This document shows, one piece after another, positions 30,045 to 41,733 of a stretch of 64,000 nt of DNA. The position numbers and the translations under genes were made by a program. Source of the DNA: an uncultured Pelagibacteraceae bacterium (GTDB taxonomy: Bacteria; Pseudomonadota; Alphaproteobacteria; Pelagibacterales; Pelagibacteraceae); assembly GCA_902627745.1 (NCBI GenBank), contig CACOKG010000001.1:391-64390 (forward strand). Reading direction: 5' to 3'. Under the pieces are notes generated by a model. That model ran no database searches, was not told the origin of the DNA, and saw nothing but the letters and a program-made list of their open reading frames with translations. Numbering within the stretch: the stretch's first letter is position 1; each line of letters starts with the position of its first letter.

Positions 30045-31574
30045 ATGAATTTAGTTAAGTCAACAGGGACTTTTAGTTTTTATACTATTATAAGTAGATT
30101 ACTTGGTTATTTAAGAGATGTTTTGATAGCAATTTTTCTTGGAACAAGTTTTTTAGCAGATGTATTTTTTGTAGCATTTAGAATACCCAATACTTTTAGA
30201 AGATTATTTGCAGAAGGAACTTTTAATGCAGCTTTTATACCAAGTTACACTTCAGAATTAGTAAAAAAAAAATCTGGATCACAAAAATTTGCTAACGAAA
30301 TTTTTAATTTATTATTTTTAGGTCTATTGTTTTTAGTTTTAATCATAGAAATTTTTATGCCAGCTTTTGTGAGGCTAATAGCACCAGGCTTTGTTGACAA
30401 TTCAGAAAAAATTCAGCTAGCTGTCAATCTTACAAGAATAACTTTGCCATTTTTATTATTTGTTAGTTTATCCTCTTTTTTTGCGGCAATTCTTAATTCT
30501 CATAACAAGTTTGCTGCTGCCTCTGCAGCTCCAATAATCCTTAATATAGTTTTGATAGCAATTTTATTTTTTGGCAAATTCCTCAATGATGAATTGGTTT
30601 ATTATTTATCATATGGAGTTTCTATTGCAGGACTACTACAACTTGTTTTCTTACATCAATTTGCAAAAAAATTTTATTTTATAAAACTTTATTTTCATTT
30701 CAAAATTAATAGTAAGGTTAAATTTTTTTTCAAAAAACTTTTACCTAGTATTTTTTCATCAGGTGTTACTCAAATTAACATTCTTGTTGGTACTATAATC
30801 GCATCTTTTCAAGCTGGCGCAGTGTCTTATTTATATTATGCTGATAGGATTTACCAAATTAACCTTGCAATTGCAGGAATTGCGATAGGAGTGGTTGTTT
30901 TACCACAACTTTCTAAACATGTTTTTTTAAAAAAAAAAAATAAAATACTTTTATTACAAAATAAAGCACTTGAGCTCAGTATGTTTTTAAGTCTACCAGC
31001 CTCAGTTGCTTTGATTATAGGATCAGAACAAATTATTTCTGCATTATTTGGCTATGGTTCTTTTGATGAGTTGTCAGTATCCAACTCGGCAAATGCACTT
31101 TACTATTTTGGATTAGGATTACCTGCTTTTGCTTTAATTAAAGTATTTTCGACTTTTTTTTTCGCAAACCAGGATACTAAAACACCATTTTATATTTCAT
31201 TATTTTCAGTAATTTTAAATATATTAATAAGTGTTTATTTTTTTAGAGAAATTGGTTTTATAATTATTCCTATAGCCACAACGATTTCTTCATGGTTTAA
31301 TGCAATAATATTATTTGTTTATTTAAAAAACAAAGATTTATTTACTTTTAATGAATTATTTTTCGCCAGATTAATAAAAATACTTCTGTCATCTATACTA
31401 ATGGGAATATTTTTAAATTATTTAATTTTATTTTTTGAAAATAAATTGATCTATGAATATAATTTTAAATCTTTTTATTTGATACTTTCAGTTTTTTTAA
31501 GTCTTATATTTTATTTGAGTTTTTCATTATTTATCAAAGCTTTCAAATATGGTGATATTAAACTAAAGTACTAA
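30045..31574 (+). CDS. murJ: Lipid II flippase MurJ
   Basis: [29 protein letters not shown]; multiple TM helices. Confidence 0.96.
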   Translation: MNLVKSTGTFSFYTIISRLLGYLRDVLIAIFLGTSFLADVFFVAFRIPNTFRRLFAEGTFNAAFIPSYTSELVKKKSGSQKFANEIFNLLFLGLLFLVLIIEIFMPAFVRLIAPGFVDNSEKIQLAVNLTRITLPFLLFVSLSSFFAAILNSHNKFAAASAAPIILNIVLIAILFFGKFLNDELVYYLSYGVSIAGLLQLVFLHQFAKKFYFIKLYFHFKINSKVKFFFKKLLPSIFSSGVTQINILVGTIIASFQAGAVSYLYYADRIYQINLAIAGIAIGVVVLPQLSKHVFLKKKNKILLLQNKALELSMFLSLPASVALIIGSEQIISALFGYGSFDELSVSNSANALYYFGLGLPAFALIKVFSTFFFANQDTKTPFYISLFSVILNILISVYFFREIGFIIIPIATTISSWFNAIILFVYLKNKDLFTFNELFFARLIKILLSSILMGIFLNYLILFFENKLIYEYNFKSFYLILSVFLSLIFYLSFSLFIKAFKYGDIKLKY

Positions 31575-31576
31575 TT

Positions 31577-32578
31577 ATGGGAAAAAAAATTTTTTCAGGT
31601 GTACAGCCTACAGGAAATCTTCATCTTGGAAATTATTTGGGAGCAATAAAAAATTTTGTAAAACTTAACAATGAAGATCAAAATGAGTGTGTGTTCTGTG
31701 TTGTTGATCTTCATGCTATTACAGTTGCTCAAGATCCAAAAAAATTAAAAGATAATATTCGTGAAACAGTAGCAACTTTTATTGCTAGCGGCATTGATCC
31801 TGAAAAAAGTATTATCTTTAATCAATCAAGAGTAAGTGCTCATTCAGAAACGGCCTGGATATTAAGTTGTGTTGCTAGAATGGGATGGCTTAATAGAATG
31901 ACCCAATTTAAGGAGAAAGCTGGAAAAGATAAAGAAAAAGCAAGTATTGGTCTTTATTCTTATCCTGTTTTAATGGCTGCAGATATTTTGTTATATGACA
32001 CAACCCACGTACCTGTTGGAGACGATCAAAAGCAACATTTAGAACTTTGTCGAGATATAGCTCAAAAGTTTAATAATGATTTTAATGCTGATGATTTTTT
32101 TAAATTACCTGAGCCACTAATTCAAAAAGAGTTTTCACGAATTATGAGTTTGAGAGATGGTACAAAAAAAATGAGTAAATCTGAATTATCAGATCTGAGT
32201 AGGATAAATTTAACTGACGATAAAGACCAAATAATAAATAAAATCAAAAAAGCAAAAACAGATACTTTGCCATTACCATCCACTAGTGCAGATTTAGAAA
32301 AAAGACCCGAAGCAAAGAACTTGATGGGTATTTATTCTAGTTTAATGGATGTAAGTTTAGAGGATACAATAAATAAATTTTCTGGAAAAAATTTCTCAGA
32401 ATTTAAAGAAAATTTATCACAAGTTATGGTTGACAGAATTTGTCCAATATCCTTGGAAATTAAAAAGTTGTTAAGTGAAAAGAAATATTTAGATAAAATA
32501 TTATTAGAGGGGACACAAAAAGCAGATAAAATAGCCTCAGAAAAGGTAAAAAAAATCCAAGAACTTGTTGGTTTTTAG
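31577..32578 (+). CDS. trpS: Tryptophan--tRNA ligase
   Basis: [23 protein letters not shown]. Confidence 0.98.
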   Translation: MGKKIFSGVQPTGNLHLGNYLGAIKNFVKLNNEDQNECVFCVVDLHAITVAQDPKKLKDNIRETVATFIASGIDPEKSIIFNQSRVSAHSETAWILSCVARMGWLNRMTQFKEKAGKDKEKASIGLYSYPVLMAADILLYDTTHVPVGDDQKQHLELCRDIAQKFNNDFNADDFFKLPEPLIQKEFSRIMSLRDGTKKMSKSELSDLSRINLTDDKDQIINKIKKAKTDTLPLPSTSADLEKRPEAKNLMGIYSSLMDVSLEDTINKFSGKNFSEFKENLSQVMVDRICPISLEIKKLLSEKKYLDKILLEGTQKADKIASEKVKKIQELVGF

Positions 32579-32631
32579 AATTTTTTTTATTAACAAGTTT
32601 CATTTTTACAAATATTAATTATATATAAATA

Positions 32632-33171
32632 ATGTTCGTTCAGACCGAAATAACCCCGAACCCAAATTCTTTAAAATTCTTACCTGGTAAGAATGTTTCA
32701 AATAAAGGGTCATTTGAAATTACACAAAAAGATCAAACTAATAATGAGTTAGTGAAAAACTTATTATCGATAAATGGTGTTGAGGGCATTTTTCTAGGTA
32801 AAGATTTTATCTCAATAAATAAATATGACAATATATCATGGGATGAAATTAAACATATAGTAATTTCTTTAATCAACGATTTTTATTCAACTGGAAAAGA
32901 ATGTGTTATTGAAAATACCTTAATTGAAAATAATGAAAATTTAAAAGATATAGAAAAAAAAATAATTAAAATATTAGATGAAAAAATCAGACCTGCAGTT
33001 GCAAAAGATGGTGGAGATATTAAATTTAAAGAGTTTAAAGATGGTATTGTTAAAGTGCAGCTTCAAGGGAGTTGTTCAGGTTGTCCAAGTTCAACTTTGA
33101 CATTAAAACAAGGTGTACAAAATCTTCTTTGTCACTATCTACCAGAAGTTAAGAAGGTTGAGGCTCTTTAA
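32632..33171 (+). CDS. NifU/Nfu-family Fe-S carrier
   Basis: TPNPNSLKF N-domain, IRPAVAKDGGD, GSCSGCPSS. Confidence 0.93.
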   Translation: MFVQTEITPNPNSLKFLPGKNVSNKGSFEITQKDQTNNELVKNLLSINGVEGIFLGKDFISINKYDNISWDEIKHIVISLINDFYSTGKECVIENTLIENNENLKDIEKKIIKILDEKIRPAVAKDGGDIKFKEFKDGIVKVQLQGSCSGCPSSTLTLKQGVQNLLCHYLPEVKKVEAL

Positions 33172-33249
33172 ATGTTTAATTTTAAATTTAAAAATCTAAA
33201 ATTTTTAAATCAATTGATTTTTTTTAAGTCAAAATTTTATTTTGTTAGA

Positions 33250-34320
33250 ATGAAAAGAAAGAACTTAAAAATGTTTAAGTTTTTTGATGACAGACGAATT
33301 GGTGCAATCCCAAGAATATTTTTAACAAGTATTTTTGTTGTTTTTTCATTCTATCATATTCCATCAATAATTAATTTTGCTAACAAGCAACTTTTAGAAG
33401 ACAAAGAATTTCAAAATAATTCAAAAGCTATATTAGCTTATACACTCAATAAAAAAGAGGGTGTTGAGTCCGGTGGGGGAGATTTGAATGAAAAGGATTT
33501 ATTAATTGACATTTTTAGCCTAAACGACCTTGAAACCGATACTGTAAGATTAAATGCATCTACAATTAAACAATTATTTCAAGACACCGATTATAAGCTT
33601 GATGATGTAAGAGAAACAAAGTTAGTTAAGCCTGTCGCCTTAACTTTACTTCCTGGCGAAATCAAAATGATCGAAAGCACCAAGAAAAGAAAAGAGTTCT
33701 TTATTCAAATTGTTTTACCTTTAGTTTTAAAAGAAAATAATAATATTAGATTAGATCGGAAGACTTTGTTTAAAATTATAAATAAAAGCAATAATACTAA
33801 ATTAGAAAAAAAATGGCTTGAAAAAAAATACAAACAATATGGAGTAACATCCAAAGATTTAACAACACTTAAAATCAGAATGGATGAAATACCTGTTTCT
33901 TTAGCACTTGCTCAAGCTGCGAAAGAAACAGGATGGGGAACATCAAGATTTGCACAGGAGGGCAATGCACTTTTTGGGCAATGGACTTGGTCTGGTGAGG
34001 GCTTAAAACCAAAAGAGACTGACGAGAATAAGGGTCATAAAGTTATGAAATTTAATGTACTACAAGCCTCAGTTAGAGCTTATCAAAGAAATTTAAATAC
34101 CCATCGATCATATAAAAATTTTAGATTAGCAAGAGCACATTTAAGAGATAATAATCAACCTTTAGATAGTTTAATTCTTTCTCAATTTTTAAAAAATTAT
34201 GCTGAAACAGGAAATCAGTATGTGGAAGTTTTGCAAAAAATTATTAATCAAAACAATTTAAAAGATTTTGATGATGCTAAGTTACTTCCCTCGAGCAAAG
34301 AGCTTGAAAGTTTAATTTAA
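33250..34320 (+). CDS. Bax-like glucosaminidase (peptidoglycan hydrolase) domain protein
   Basis: LAQAAKETGWGTSRFA, NALFGQW, NLNTH, YAE; N-terminal TM. Start uncertain (33172, 33250 or 33271). Confidence 0.85.
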   Translation: MKRKNLKMFKFFDDRRIGAIPRIFLTSIFVVFSFYHIPSIINFANKQLLEDKEFQNNSKAILAYTLNKKEGVESGGGDLNEKDLLIDIFSLNDLETDTVRLNASTIKQLFQDTDYKLDDVRETKLVKPVALTLLPGEIKMIESTKKRKEFFIQIVLPLVLKENNNIRLDRKTLFKIINKSNNTKLEKKWLEKKYKQYGVTSKDLTTLKIRMDEIPVSLALAQAAKETGWGTSRFAQEGNALFGQWTWSGEGLKPKETDENKGHKVMKFNVLQASVRAYQRNLNTHRSYKNFRLARAHLRDNNQPLDSLILSQFLKNYAETGNQYVEVLQKIINQNNLKDFDDAKLLPSSKELESLI

Positions 34321-35378
34321 TTTTCCATTATAACAAATTGGGTTCCAAACCAACGCCAATTGCCGTTATCATTTAAGGAACAATTTATTCTTCCACGTCT
34401 TGGTAAAAATTTAGACTCGAAATTGATATAGAGAATATTTTTTTTGAATACCAAATTTGGTTGGCCCCATGAACCACCATCATTCGAATAACAATTAATA
34501 TTTTCAATATTTTTTTGATCTTCAAAAAATTCCACAATCAATTTAGGTGGATTATCTTTATTTTCTAATTTTTTTTCTAATGGTTTAAGCGATTTGTATT
34601 CTAGAGGATTATAATTTATTAGTGAGTTAAATCTTTTTAAATCTCCATACTTTTCATTTATCGGGAATCTTGGTAATTCAAATTTATCTTTATTGTTATC
34701 AATTATTCCAGAGTGTTGTCCAAAAGCAATTTCAAAATTTTTTGATATATAATTTTTCATAAAAAGAGAATATTCACCAAAAGGATATGAAAATATTGGT
34801 GGCACATACCCTAGTTTATCTTTAAAAATTTCAGTTGCTGTTTCTATATCGTTTATGAATTCTTTTTCTGTCATATCAATTAAATATTCATGTGTATGTG
34901 AATGGTGTCCTATATGGCCTATATCGGAGTCATCAATTTCTTTAATTTCATCCCACGTCATATACCCTTTTTTACCTACAGGTTCAGTAGATACAAATAA
35001 GATGAATGGAATTTTATTTCTTTTAAGATATGGCCAGGCCTCATTATAAAATGACTTAAATCCATCATCAACTGTAATTAAAATTTTCTTATTTTTTTTT
35101 ACTTTATTAAATTCATTTAAAAAATTGTTAGGGTCATAAAATTCATATCCTTGATTTTTAATGATTTTCATTTGCTCATCAAACATATCCATTCTTATAT
35201 TTGTTGATGGATATTTATTTTCATTAAATCGATGATACATCAATGATAAAACACCACTGTCTCTAGAATAAGATTTGATATTATTCTCTTGTGAAATAGA
35301 ATTAACTAGAAAAAAAAATTGTAAAATGAATAAGCTAATTATAGATGCCGCTAAAGATAAAATTTTTTTAATGATCAT
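34317..35378 (-). CDS. Polysaccharide deacetylase (CE4) family protein
   Basis: LMYHRF, ITVDDG, HSHTH, FSYPFGE, LPRF; N-terminal signal or anchor. Confidence 0.9.
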   Translation of the reverse strand: MIIKKILSLAASIISLFILQFFFLVNSISQENNIKSYSRDSGVLSLMYHRFNENKYPSTNIRMDMFDEQMKIIKNQGYEFYDPNNFLNEFNKVKKNKKILITVDDGFKSFYNEAWPYLKRNKIPFILFVSTEPVGKKGYMTWDEIKEIDDSDIGHIGHHSHTHEYLIDMTEKEFINDIETATEIFKDKLGYVPPIFSYPFGEYSLFMKNYISKNFEIAFGQHSGIIDNNKDKFELPRFPINEKYGDLKRFNSLINYNPLEYKSLKPLEKKLENKDNPPKLIVEFFEDQKNIENINCYSNDGGSWGQPNLVFKKNILYINFESKFLPRRGRINCSLNDNGNWRWFGTQFVIMEN

Positions 35379-35712
35379 TAATAATGATATTAATTACAGC
35401 ATTACACATGAAAATTCCAAAATAAATTATGAAAGATTATCAATTCTAATTAATGATTTTTTAAATAAAAAAAATTTAAATTTAGATAAAGTCTCTCAAA
35501 TTTATGTAAATCGAGGTCCAGGAAGTTTTGCGGGGATAAGAAATTCCTTATCAGTTGTTAAAGCTTTTCATTTAGCCAATAAAATTGATTATTATTGTTA
35601 TAGTTTTGAGGATTTTAGTCAAAAAAATGACGTTAAATACGAAAATATCCCAAAACTTTGCGATAAATTGAAAGTTGAAAAAAATTTGATAAATCCTATT
35701 TATTTGAGTTAA
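35326..35712 (+). CDS. tsaB: Shortened TsaB (YeaZ)-like protein, 128 aa
   Basis: LIID start, RGPGSFAGIR motif, C-terminal PIY; upstream of fur-miaB. Confidence 0.7.
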   Translation: MNKLIIDAAKDKIFLMIINNDINYSITHENSKINYERLSILINDFLNKKNLNLDKVSQIYVNRGPGSFAGIRNSLSVVKAFHLANKIDYYCYSFEDFSQKNDVKYENIPKLCDKLKVEKNLINPIYLS

Positions 35713-35720
35713 AATCAATT

Positions 35721-36158
35721 ATGTCAGATACAATTGAACAACAATGTTTATCTAAAGGGGTAAAATTAACTGATCAGAGACGAATTATTGCAAAGGTTAT
35801 TTCAGAGTCAAAAGCCGCTTATGGTGAGTCTGATCATCCAGATGTTGATGAGTTATATAGTCGTGTATCAAAAGTTGATCCAAAAATAAGCATAGCCACA
35901 GTTTATAGGACAGTTAAGCTTTTCGAAGAAGCAGGAATTTTAACTAAACATGATTTTAAAGGTGGTAAGGCTAGATATGAAGCAATGATAGAGAGTCATC
36001 ATGATCATTTGATTGATATAAAATCTGGTGAAATAATTGAATTTGTGGATGAAGAAATTGAAGAGTTGCAAAAAAAAGTTGCAAAAAAATATGGTTATAA
36101 GTTAGTAGACCATAAACTTGAGTTATATGGTGTCAAAGTAAACTCAAAAGATGAATAA
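35721..36158 (+). CDS. fur: Fur/Mur family metal-responsive regulator
   Basis: TDQRR, DHPD, ISIATVYRT, HHDHLID, HKLELYG. Confidence 0.9.
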   Translation: MSDTIEQQCLSKGVKLTDQRRIIAKVISESKAAYGESDHPDVDELYSRVSKVDPKISIATVYRTVKLFEEAGILTKHDFKGGKARYEAMIESHHDHLIDIKSGEIIEFVDEEIEELQKKVAKKYGYKLVDHKLELYGVKVNSKDE

Positions 36159-37479
36159 AAAGATATTTATCAAAACTTTCGGTTGTCAAATGAACGAATA
36201 TGACACTAACAGAATATTTGATACTGTGAGAGAAATAGGTTTTGTAAAAACTGAAAATCTAGATGAGTCTAATTGTTATCTACTTAACACGTGCCATATT
36301 CGGGATAAAGCTAAAGAAAAAGTTTATCATGAGATTGGTCGGGTTAAAAAAAATTTTAGATCACGAAAAAAACCAATCGTTATAGTTGCTGGATGTGTTG
36401 CTCAGGCTGAAAATGAGGAAATGATCAAAAGAGAACCATATATTGATATCGTGATTGGACCGCAAGCCTATCATAAAATAAATGACAAAATTGAAGAATT
36501 TTTATTCAAACAAAAAAAAATAGATGAAACCGAATTTGATGCAATCACAAAATTTGATTATTTAGATAATATTACGAATTCATCAAAAAAAATCTCATCA
36601 TTTTTAACTATTCAAGAGGGCTGTGATAAATTTTGCCATTTCTGTGTAGTACCATTTACAAGAGGTCCGGAATATTCAAGACCATTCAAAAAAATATTAG
36701 AAGAAGCAGAGAATTTGTCAGAAAATGGAGTTCGTGAAATAACACTACTAGGTCAAAATGTTAATGCTTATAATTATGAAAATTATAGATTGTCAGATTT
36801 AATTTTAGAAATAGAAAAGTTGGATGGAATTAAAAGAATTAGATATACAACTTCTCACCCAAGGGATATGACAGAAGATCTTATCAATGTATATGGTATT
36901 TCAAAGAAGTTGATGCCTTTAGTTCACCTGCCCGTTCAAAGTGGATCTGATAAGATCCTAAAGTCAATGAATAGAAAACATCAAATAAGTGATTATGTTA
37001 ATACTTATGAAAAACTTCAAAAAATTAACCCAAAAATAAAGTTTTCGAGTGATTTTATAATTGCCTATCCGGGTGAGGATGAGAAGGACTTTAATGAAAC
37101 ATGTGATTTAATTAAAAAAATTGAATTTATAAATTCTTTTTCTTTTATATTTAGTCCAAGACCAGGAACAACTGCAGCAAATTTTGAGTTAATTGATAAA
37201 GAAATTTCATTTCCAAGATTAGAAAAAGTTCAAAAACAATTATTTACCAATCAAATTAATATGAATAAATCGCTTGAGGGTAAAGAAATAGATGTTTTGG
37301 TTGAAAATAAAATAAATGGTGGCACAAAGTTTTTTGGTCGATCAGAATATATGACTTCAGTTATTTTTGATGGTAATGATTTAGATATGGGAAATGTTAT
37401 AAAAGTAAAAATAAATAGCAGTAATCAAAATACATTGTTTGGTAAAAGCTTAGATAATTCAGAACAAAGAGTGGCTTAA
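36151..37479 (+). CDS. miaB: tRNA methylthiotransferase MiaB
   Basis: TFGCQMN, NTCHIR, GCDKFCHFC radical-SAM motif, TRAM-like C-terminus. Confidence 0.96.
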   Translation: MNKKIFIKTFGCQMNEYDTNRIFDTVREIGFVKTENLDESNCYLLNTCHIRDKAKEKVYHEIGRVKKNFRSRKKPIVIVAGCVAQAENEEMIKREPYIDIVIGPQAYHKINDKIEEFLFKQKKIDETEFDAITKFDYLDNITNSSKKISSFLTIQEGCDKFCHFCVVPFTRGPEYSRPFKKILEEAENLSENGVREITLLGQNVNAYNYENYRLSDLILEIEKLDGIKRIRYTTSHPRDMTEDLINVYGISKKLMPLVHLPVQSGSDKILKSMNRKHQISDYVNTYEKLQKINPKIKFSSDFIIAYPGEDEKDFNETCDLIKKIEFINSFSFIFSPRPGTTAANFELIDKEISFPRLEKVQKQLFTNQINMNKSLEGKEIDVLVENKINGGTKFFGRSEYMTSVIFDGNDLDMGNVIKVKINSSNQNTLFGKSLDNSEQRVA

Positions 37480-37481
37480 AT

Positions 37482-38483
37482 TTGAGTAATACTATTAAAA
37501 AAGATATTAATTCATCACTAAAATTTGTTTATTCAGAAAATAATTCAATTAGTGTAATTTTTCATGAGAATGACCTCCTGATGGGTGTAGTTGGTGAATT
37601 TAACCAAAACTTAAAAGAGTTAGAAAAAATAACTAATTCAAGTATTTATTCCAGAGGAAATTCAATCTTAATCAAATCAACCTCAGAAAAAAATGAAATT
37701 TTGAAGAACGCAATTCAATTTCTTGCAAATCAATTTAAAAATAATGGTAGTATAGAACAAAAAGATATTTTATCTTCAGTTGATCAATTTATGATAAATG
37801 AAAAAGTAAAAAATACAAACGTTACTGATATAATAAAAACTCCAAAAAAATCTATAATTCCAAGATCAGAAAAACAAAAAGAGTATGTTAGAGCGTTGAG
37901 ACAAAATGAAATAATAATATCAGCTGGACCTGCTGGTACAGGAAAAACCTTTCTTGCTGTTGCTGTAGGTTTAACAATGTTGTTAGAAAAAAAAATAGAG
38001 AGGATCATACTTTCTAGACCTGCGGTTGAGGCAGGTGAGAGACTAGGATTTCTACCAGGAGATATGAAAGAAAAAGTTGATCCATATCTACGTCCTTTGT
38101 ATGATTCATTGTATGATCTTTTTCATTTTGAAAAAATTCAGAGAATGATAGAAATTGGTGACATTGAAATTGCTCCATTAGCTTTTATGAGAGGAAGAAC
38201 TCTAAAAAATTCTTTTGCAATTTTAGATGAAGCTCAAAATGCTTCTGATACACAGATCAAAATGTTTCTAACCAGGATAGGTGAAAATTCAAAAATAGTT
38301 GTCAATGGTGACCCTACTCAAATAGATTTACCTAATAAAAAAATGTCAGGTTTAGAAAGTTCAAAAAAGATATTATCGCATTTAAGTGAGATTGCAGTTA
38401 TAGACTTTGATCACTCCGATGTTGTGAGGCATCCTTTAGTTTCAAAAATTGTGAAAGCGTACAACAATAATGATCAAAGTTAA
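37482..38483 (+). CDS. PhoH-family ATPase (YbeZ)
   Basis: GPAGTGKT, RPAVEAGERLGFLPG, MRGRT, DEAQN, VVRHPLV. Confidence 0.95.
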   Translation: MSNTIKKDINSSLKFVYSENNSISVIFHENDLLMGVVGEFNQNLKELEKITNSSIYSRGNSILIKSTSEKNEILKNAIQFLANQFKNNGSIEQKDILSSVDQFMINEKVKNTNVTDIIKTPKKSIIPRSEKQKEYVRALRQNEIIISAGPAGTGKTFLAVAVGLTMLLEKKIERIILSRPAVEAGERLGFLPGDMKEKVDPYLRPLYDSLYDLFHFEKIQRMIEIGDIEIAPLAFMRGRTLKNSFAILDEAQNASDTQIKMFLTRIGENSKIVVNGDPTQIDLPNKKMSGLESSKKILSHLSEIAVIDFDHSDVVRHPLVSKIVKAYNNNDQS

Positions 38484-38937
38484 TGTGCTTTCAGAGGAAA
38501 ATTCTTGGTCAAAAAAAATAAAAAAAAAGGAATTATTTTTTAATAAAATTTGTAACAAGTTCCCAAAAAAATATAGATTTATTAACAAAAAAATTTATTT
38601 AACGCTGCTACTATCAAATAATAAAGAAATAAAAATTTTAAATAAAAAATTTAGAAATAAGAATAAACATACTGATGTACTTTCTTTCCCATTTAATAAA
38701 AAACAAAAAAAATTTAAAGAAAATTATCTTGGTGACATAATTATAAGTTTTAATTATATGAATAAGCCAAAAAATTTAGATAATTATGAATTTAAAATTA
38801 AAACAATAAAAATTTTTATTCATGGTTTTTTACATTTATTGGGCCATGATCATCAAAAAAGTAAAGAGTATAAAAAGATGTTAAATGAAGAAAAAAAAAT
38901 TTTTAAATTTATAGAAAAAACTTCCATTTTAAATTGA
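38470..38937 (+). CDS. ybeY: rRNA maturation endoribonuclease YbeY
   Basis: TDVLSFP, LGDIII, HGFLHLLGHDH. Confidence 0.95.
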   Translation: MIKVNVLSEENSWSKKIKKKELFFNKICNKFPKKYRFINKKIYLTLLLSNNKEIKILNKKFRNKNKHTDVLSFPFNKKQKKFKENYLGDIIISFNYMNKPKNLDNYEFKIKTIKIFIHGFLHLLGHDHQKSKEYKKMLNEEKKIFKFIEKTSILN

Positions 38938-40472
38938 AAAAAAATTTTATATTTGAGACTTTATTGATAATTTTTTTAGGAAGCTTAACTTCCTTAAGTT
39001 TACCTCCTTATAATTTTTTTTTTTTAAATTTTTTTACATTTAGTGTTTTCTTTATTTTTTTATTTCAGAGACTAAAACAAGGAATAAAAAAATCCTTTTA
39101 TTATGGATGGTTGTTTGGTTTTAGTTATTTTTTGTCCAGTTTGTATTGGTTAACTATATCCTTAAGTTTTGATCAAAATTTTAATTTTTTAATTCCCATA
39201 TCTTTAATCGTCATCCCGGCATTTTTAGGTTTATTTTATGCATTATGTATTGCTATTTTTTGTCTATACAAACCAAAAAATATATTAAGTGCTTTTTTCC
39301 TATTCTCTCTTTTGTTTGGTTTAATAGAATTTATTAGAGGAACAATTTTAACTGGGTTTCCTTGGAATTTGGTAATTTATAGTTTCTCTAAAATTAATAG
39401 TTTCTTAAGCATTTTGTCAATAATAGGAACTTATTCATTAAATCTTATAGTAGTCAGTTTTTTTACAGCTCCCGCCCTTTTCATATTTAGAAAATCTAAA
39501 AAAGAAGTGGTTGTATGTATCTTTTTACTGTTATTACCTATCATTTTTTATACATACGGGGAATTTTTAAAAAAAAATTTTTATAATAGTAAAGAGAAAG
39601 AACTTCCTTTTGCAGTAAGAGTAATTGGAGCGAATATAAGTTTAGATAGGTACTATAAAAATATTAATGCAGAGAGTGTGATTAATGAGCTAATTTCAAT
39701 TAGTTCACCTATTGAAGAAAAAAAGATATTTTTTGTATGGCCAGAGGGAATAATACCCAACACCTATGAAGATCAATTAGATTTATACAATGATATATTT
39801 GAAAAAAATTTTAGTGAAAATCATTTAATCGGTTTAGGAATAACAAGCAGAAAAACTATTAACAATGATTACGATTATTACAATTCATTTTCAATATTTG
39901 ATAATAAAGTAAATCTAATTGACAATTATAACAAAATTAAACTTGTACCCTTTGGTGAATTTGTTCCTTTTGAAAATATTCTTAACAAATTTGGTTTAAA
40001 AACAATCACAAATAATATTGGATCATTTGATAAAGGTGTTAACAGAAAAATTATTAAAATCCAAGGAGGTCTTAAACAAATAAATTTTTTGCCATTAATT
40101 TGTTATGAAATTATATATAGTGGAAATTTGACTAAAGATTTTAATTTCGATTTTATATTAAATATTTCAGAAGATGGATGGTTTGGTAAATCTATTGGAC
40201 CCAAACAACATTTTATCCATAGTAAATTTAGAGCAGTTGAAAATGGAAAGTACATAATTAGATCATCTAATAACGGGATGGCAGCAATTATAAATCCATT
40301 AGGTTATATTGAAAATAAAATAGATTATGGAGTTTCAGGTTACATTGATTTAGAAGGCATAAGAGATTTTAAACCAACATTGTTTTCTAAATATGGAAAT
40401 AACATATTTTTCACATTAATTTTATTGTATATTGTTTTCACTTTTTCATTTAATAGGATCAAAGATGAGTAA
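38934..40472 (+). CDS. lnt: Apolipoprotein N-acyltransferase
   Basis: TGFPWN, VWPE, KLVPFGE, ICYE catalytic triad motifs. Confidence 0.95.
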   Translation: MKKNFIFETLLIIFLGSLTSLSLPPYNFFFLNFFTFSVFFIFLFQRLKQGIKKSFYYGWLFGFSYFLSSLYWLTISLSFDQNFNFLIPISLIVIPAFLGLFYALCIAIFCLYKPKNILSAFFLFSLLFGLIEFIRGTILTGFPWNLVIYSFSKINSFLSILSIIGTYSLNLIVVSFFTAPALFIFRKSKKEVVVCIFLLLLPIIFYTYGEFLKKNFYNSKEKELPFAVRVIGANISLDRYYKNINAESVINELISISSPIEEKKIFFVWPEGIIPNTYEDQLDLYNDIFEKNFSENHLIGLGITSRKTINNDYDYYNSFSIFDNKVNLIDNYNKIKLVPFGEFVPFENILNKFGLKTITNNIGSFDKGVNRKIIKIQGGLKQINFLPLICYEIIYSGNLTKDFNFDFILNISEDGWFGKSIGPKQHFIHSKFRAVENGKYIIRSSNNGMAAIINPLGYIENKIDYGVSGYIDLEGIRDFKPTLFSKYGNNIFFTLILLYIVFTFSFNRIKDE

Positions 40473-41634
40473 TTTAAAAAATTTTCTTTTTACAAGTGAG
40501 TCTGTTTCAGAGGGACACCCAGATAAAGTGTCGGATAGGATATCTGACATGGTGGTAGACACTTATTTATCTAACGATCCATATTCGAGAGTTGCATGTG
40601 AAACTCTTACAACTACCAATAAAGTTGTATTAGCTGGTGAGGTTAGGGGACCAGAAATTAAAAAAGATGATTTAATCAATAAGGTAAGAGAATGCATTAA
40701 AGATATTGGATATGATCAAGATGGTTTTACCTGGAAAGAGGCTACAAAAATAGAGAGCCATCTTCATTCACAGTCAAGTGACATTGCAATGGGTGTAGAC
40801 TCTTCGGGAAATAAAGATGAGGGTGCAGGAGATCAAGGTATTATGTTTGGTTATGCATGTAATGAAACAGATGTTTTAATGCCAGCGCCAATTCACTTTT
40901 CTCATAAAATTTTAAGGTTAATGGCGGAAGATAGAAAATCAGGTAAATTAAAAAACATAGAACCAGATTCTAAAAGTCAAGTAACTTTTGAATATGAAAA
41001 TGGTAAACCATCAAAAGTTAAATCAGTTGTAATATCTTCTCAGCATACCACAAATGTTAATCAAGAACAGGTAAGGGAATTATTGAGACCATATTTGATT
41101 AATTCTATACCAAAAAATTTTCTAGAAGATTTTAATGAGAATGAATTTTATGTTAATCCAACTGGAAATTTTGTAATAGGTGGTCCTGATGGAGATTGTG
41201 GTTTAACGGGCAGAAAGATTATCGTAGATACTTATGGTGGTGCCGCGCCACATGGTGGAGGCGCTTTCTCGGGAAAAGATCCAACCAAAGTAGATAGGTC
41301 TGCAGCTTATGCAGCCAGATATATTGCCAAAAATGTTGTTGCATCAAAAATTGCTAATAAATGTTTGATACAATTGGCTTATGCAATTGGTGTTTCAAAA
41401 CCATTATCTATCTATGTAAATCTTTTTGATAATGATTTAGATAAAAATAAATTTGTTGAAGATAAGATTAAAGAAAGTTTTGATCTTAGCCCAAGAGGAA
41501 TAAGAGAGATGTTGGGGCTTAATAAGCCTATATATGAAAAAACATCTGCATATGGGCATTTTGGAAGAGAACCAGATAAAGAAGGTGCTTTTTCTTGGGA
41601 AAATACCAACAAATCTGACATTTTCTTAAAATAG
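40465..41634 (+). CDS. metK: S-adenosylmethionine synthetase
   Basis: [35 protein letters not shown]. Start set at ATG 40465. Confidence 0.98.
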   Translation: MSNLKNFLFTSESVSEGHPDKVSDRISDMVVDTYLSNDPYSRVACETLTTTNKVVLAGEVRGPEIKKDDLINKVRECIKDIGYDQDGFTWKEATKIESHLHSQSSDIAMGVDSSGNKDEGAGDQGIMFGYACNETDVLMPAPIHFSHKILRLMAEDRKSGKLKNIEPDSKSQVTFEYENGKPSKVKSVVISSQHTTNVNQEQVRELLRPYLINSIPKNFLEDFNENEFYVNPTGNFVIGGPDGDCGLTGRKIIVDTYGGAAPHGGGAFSGKDPTKVDRSAAYAARYIAKNVVASKIANKCLIQLAYAIGVSKPLSIYVNLFDNDLDKNKFVEDKIKESFDLSPRGIREMLGLNKPIYEKTSAYGHFGREPDKEGAFSWENTNKSDIFLK

Positions 41635-41691
41635 TTTTTATTGAAAAATAAAAAAAAACTTTTATAAATCCACCTACATTGTTAAATTATC

Positions 41692-41718
41692 AAAATGGGC
41701 TTTGGCCCATTTTTTTTT
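41692..41718 (+). terminator. Intrinsic terminator-like hairpin just upstream of nusA
   Basis: AAAATGGGC-TTTG-GCCCAT-TTTTTTTT, ending 15 nt before the nusA ATG. Confidence 0.75.
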
Positions 41719-41733
41719 GGAGTAAACAAAATT

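Noticed and set aside
30922-30940. Long A/T homopolymers (murJ, parB, GT61 gene and others) as phase-variation tracts
   Set aside because: They are ubiquitous Lys/Phe codon runs, occur in essential genes too, and leave frames intact.
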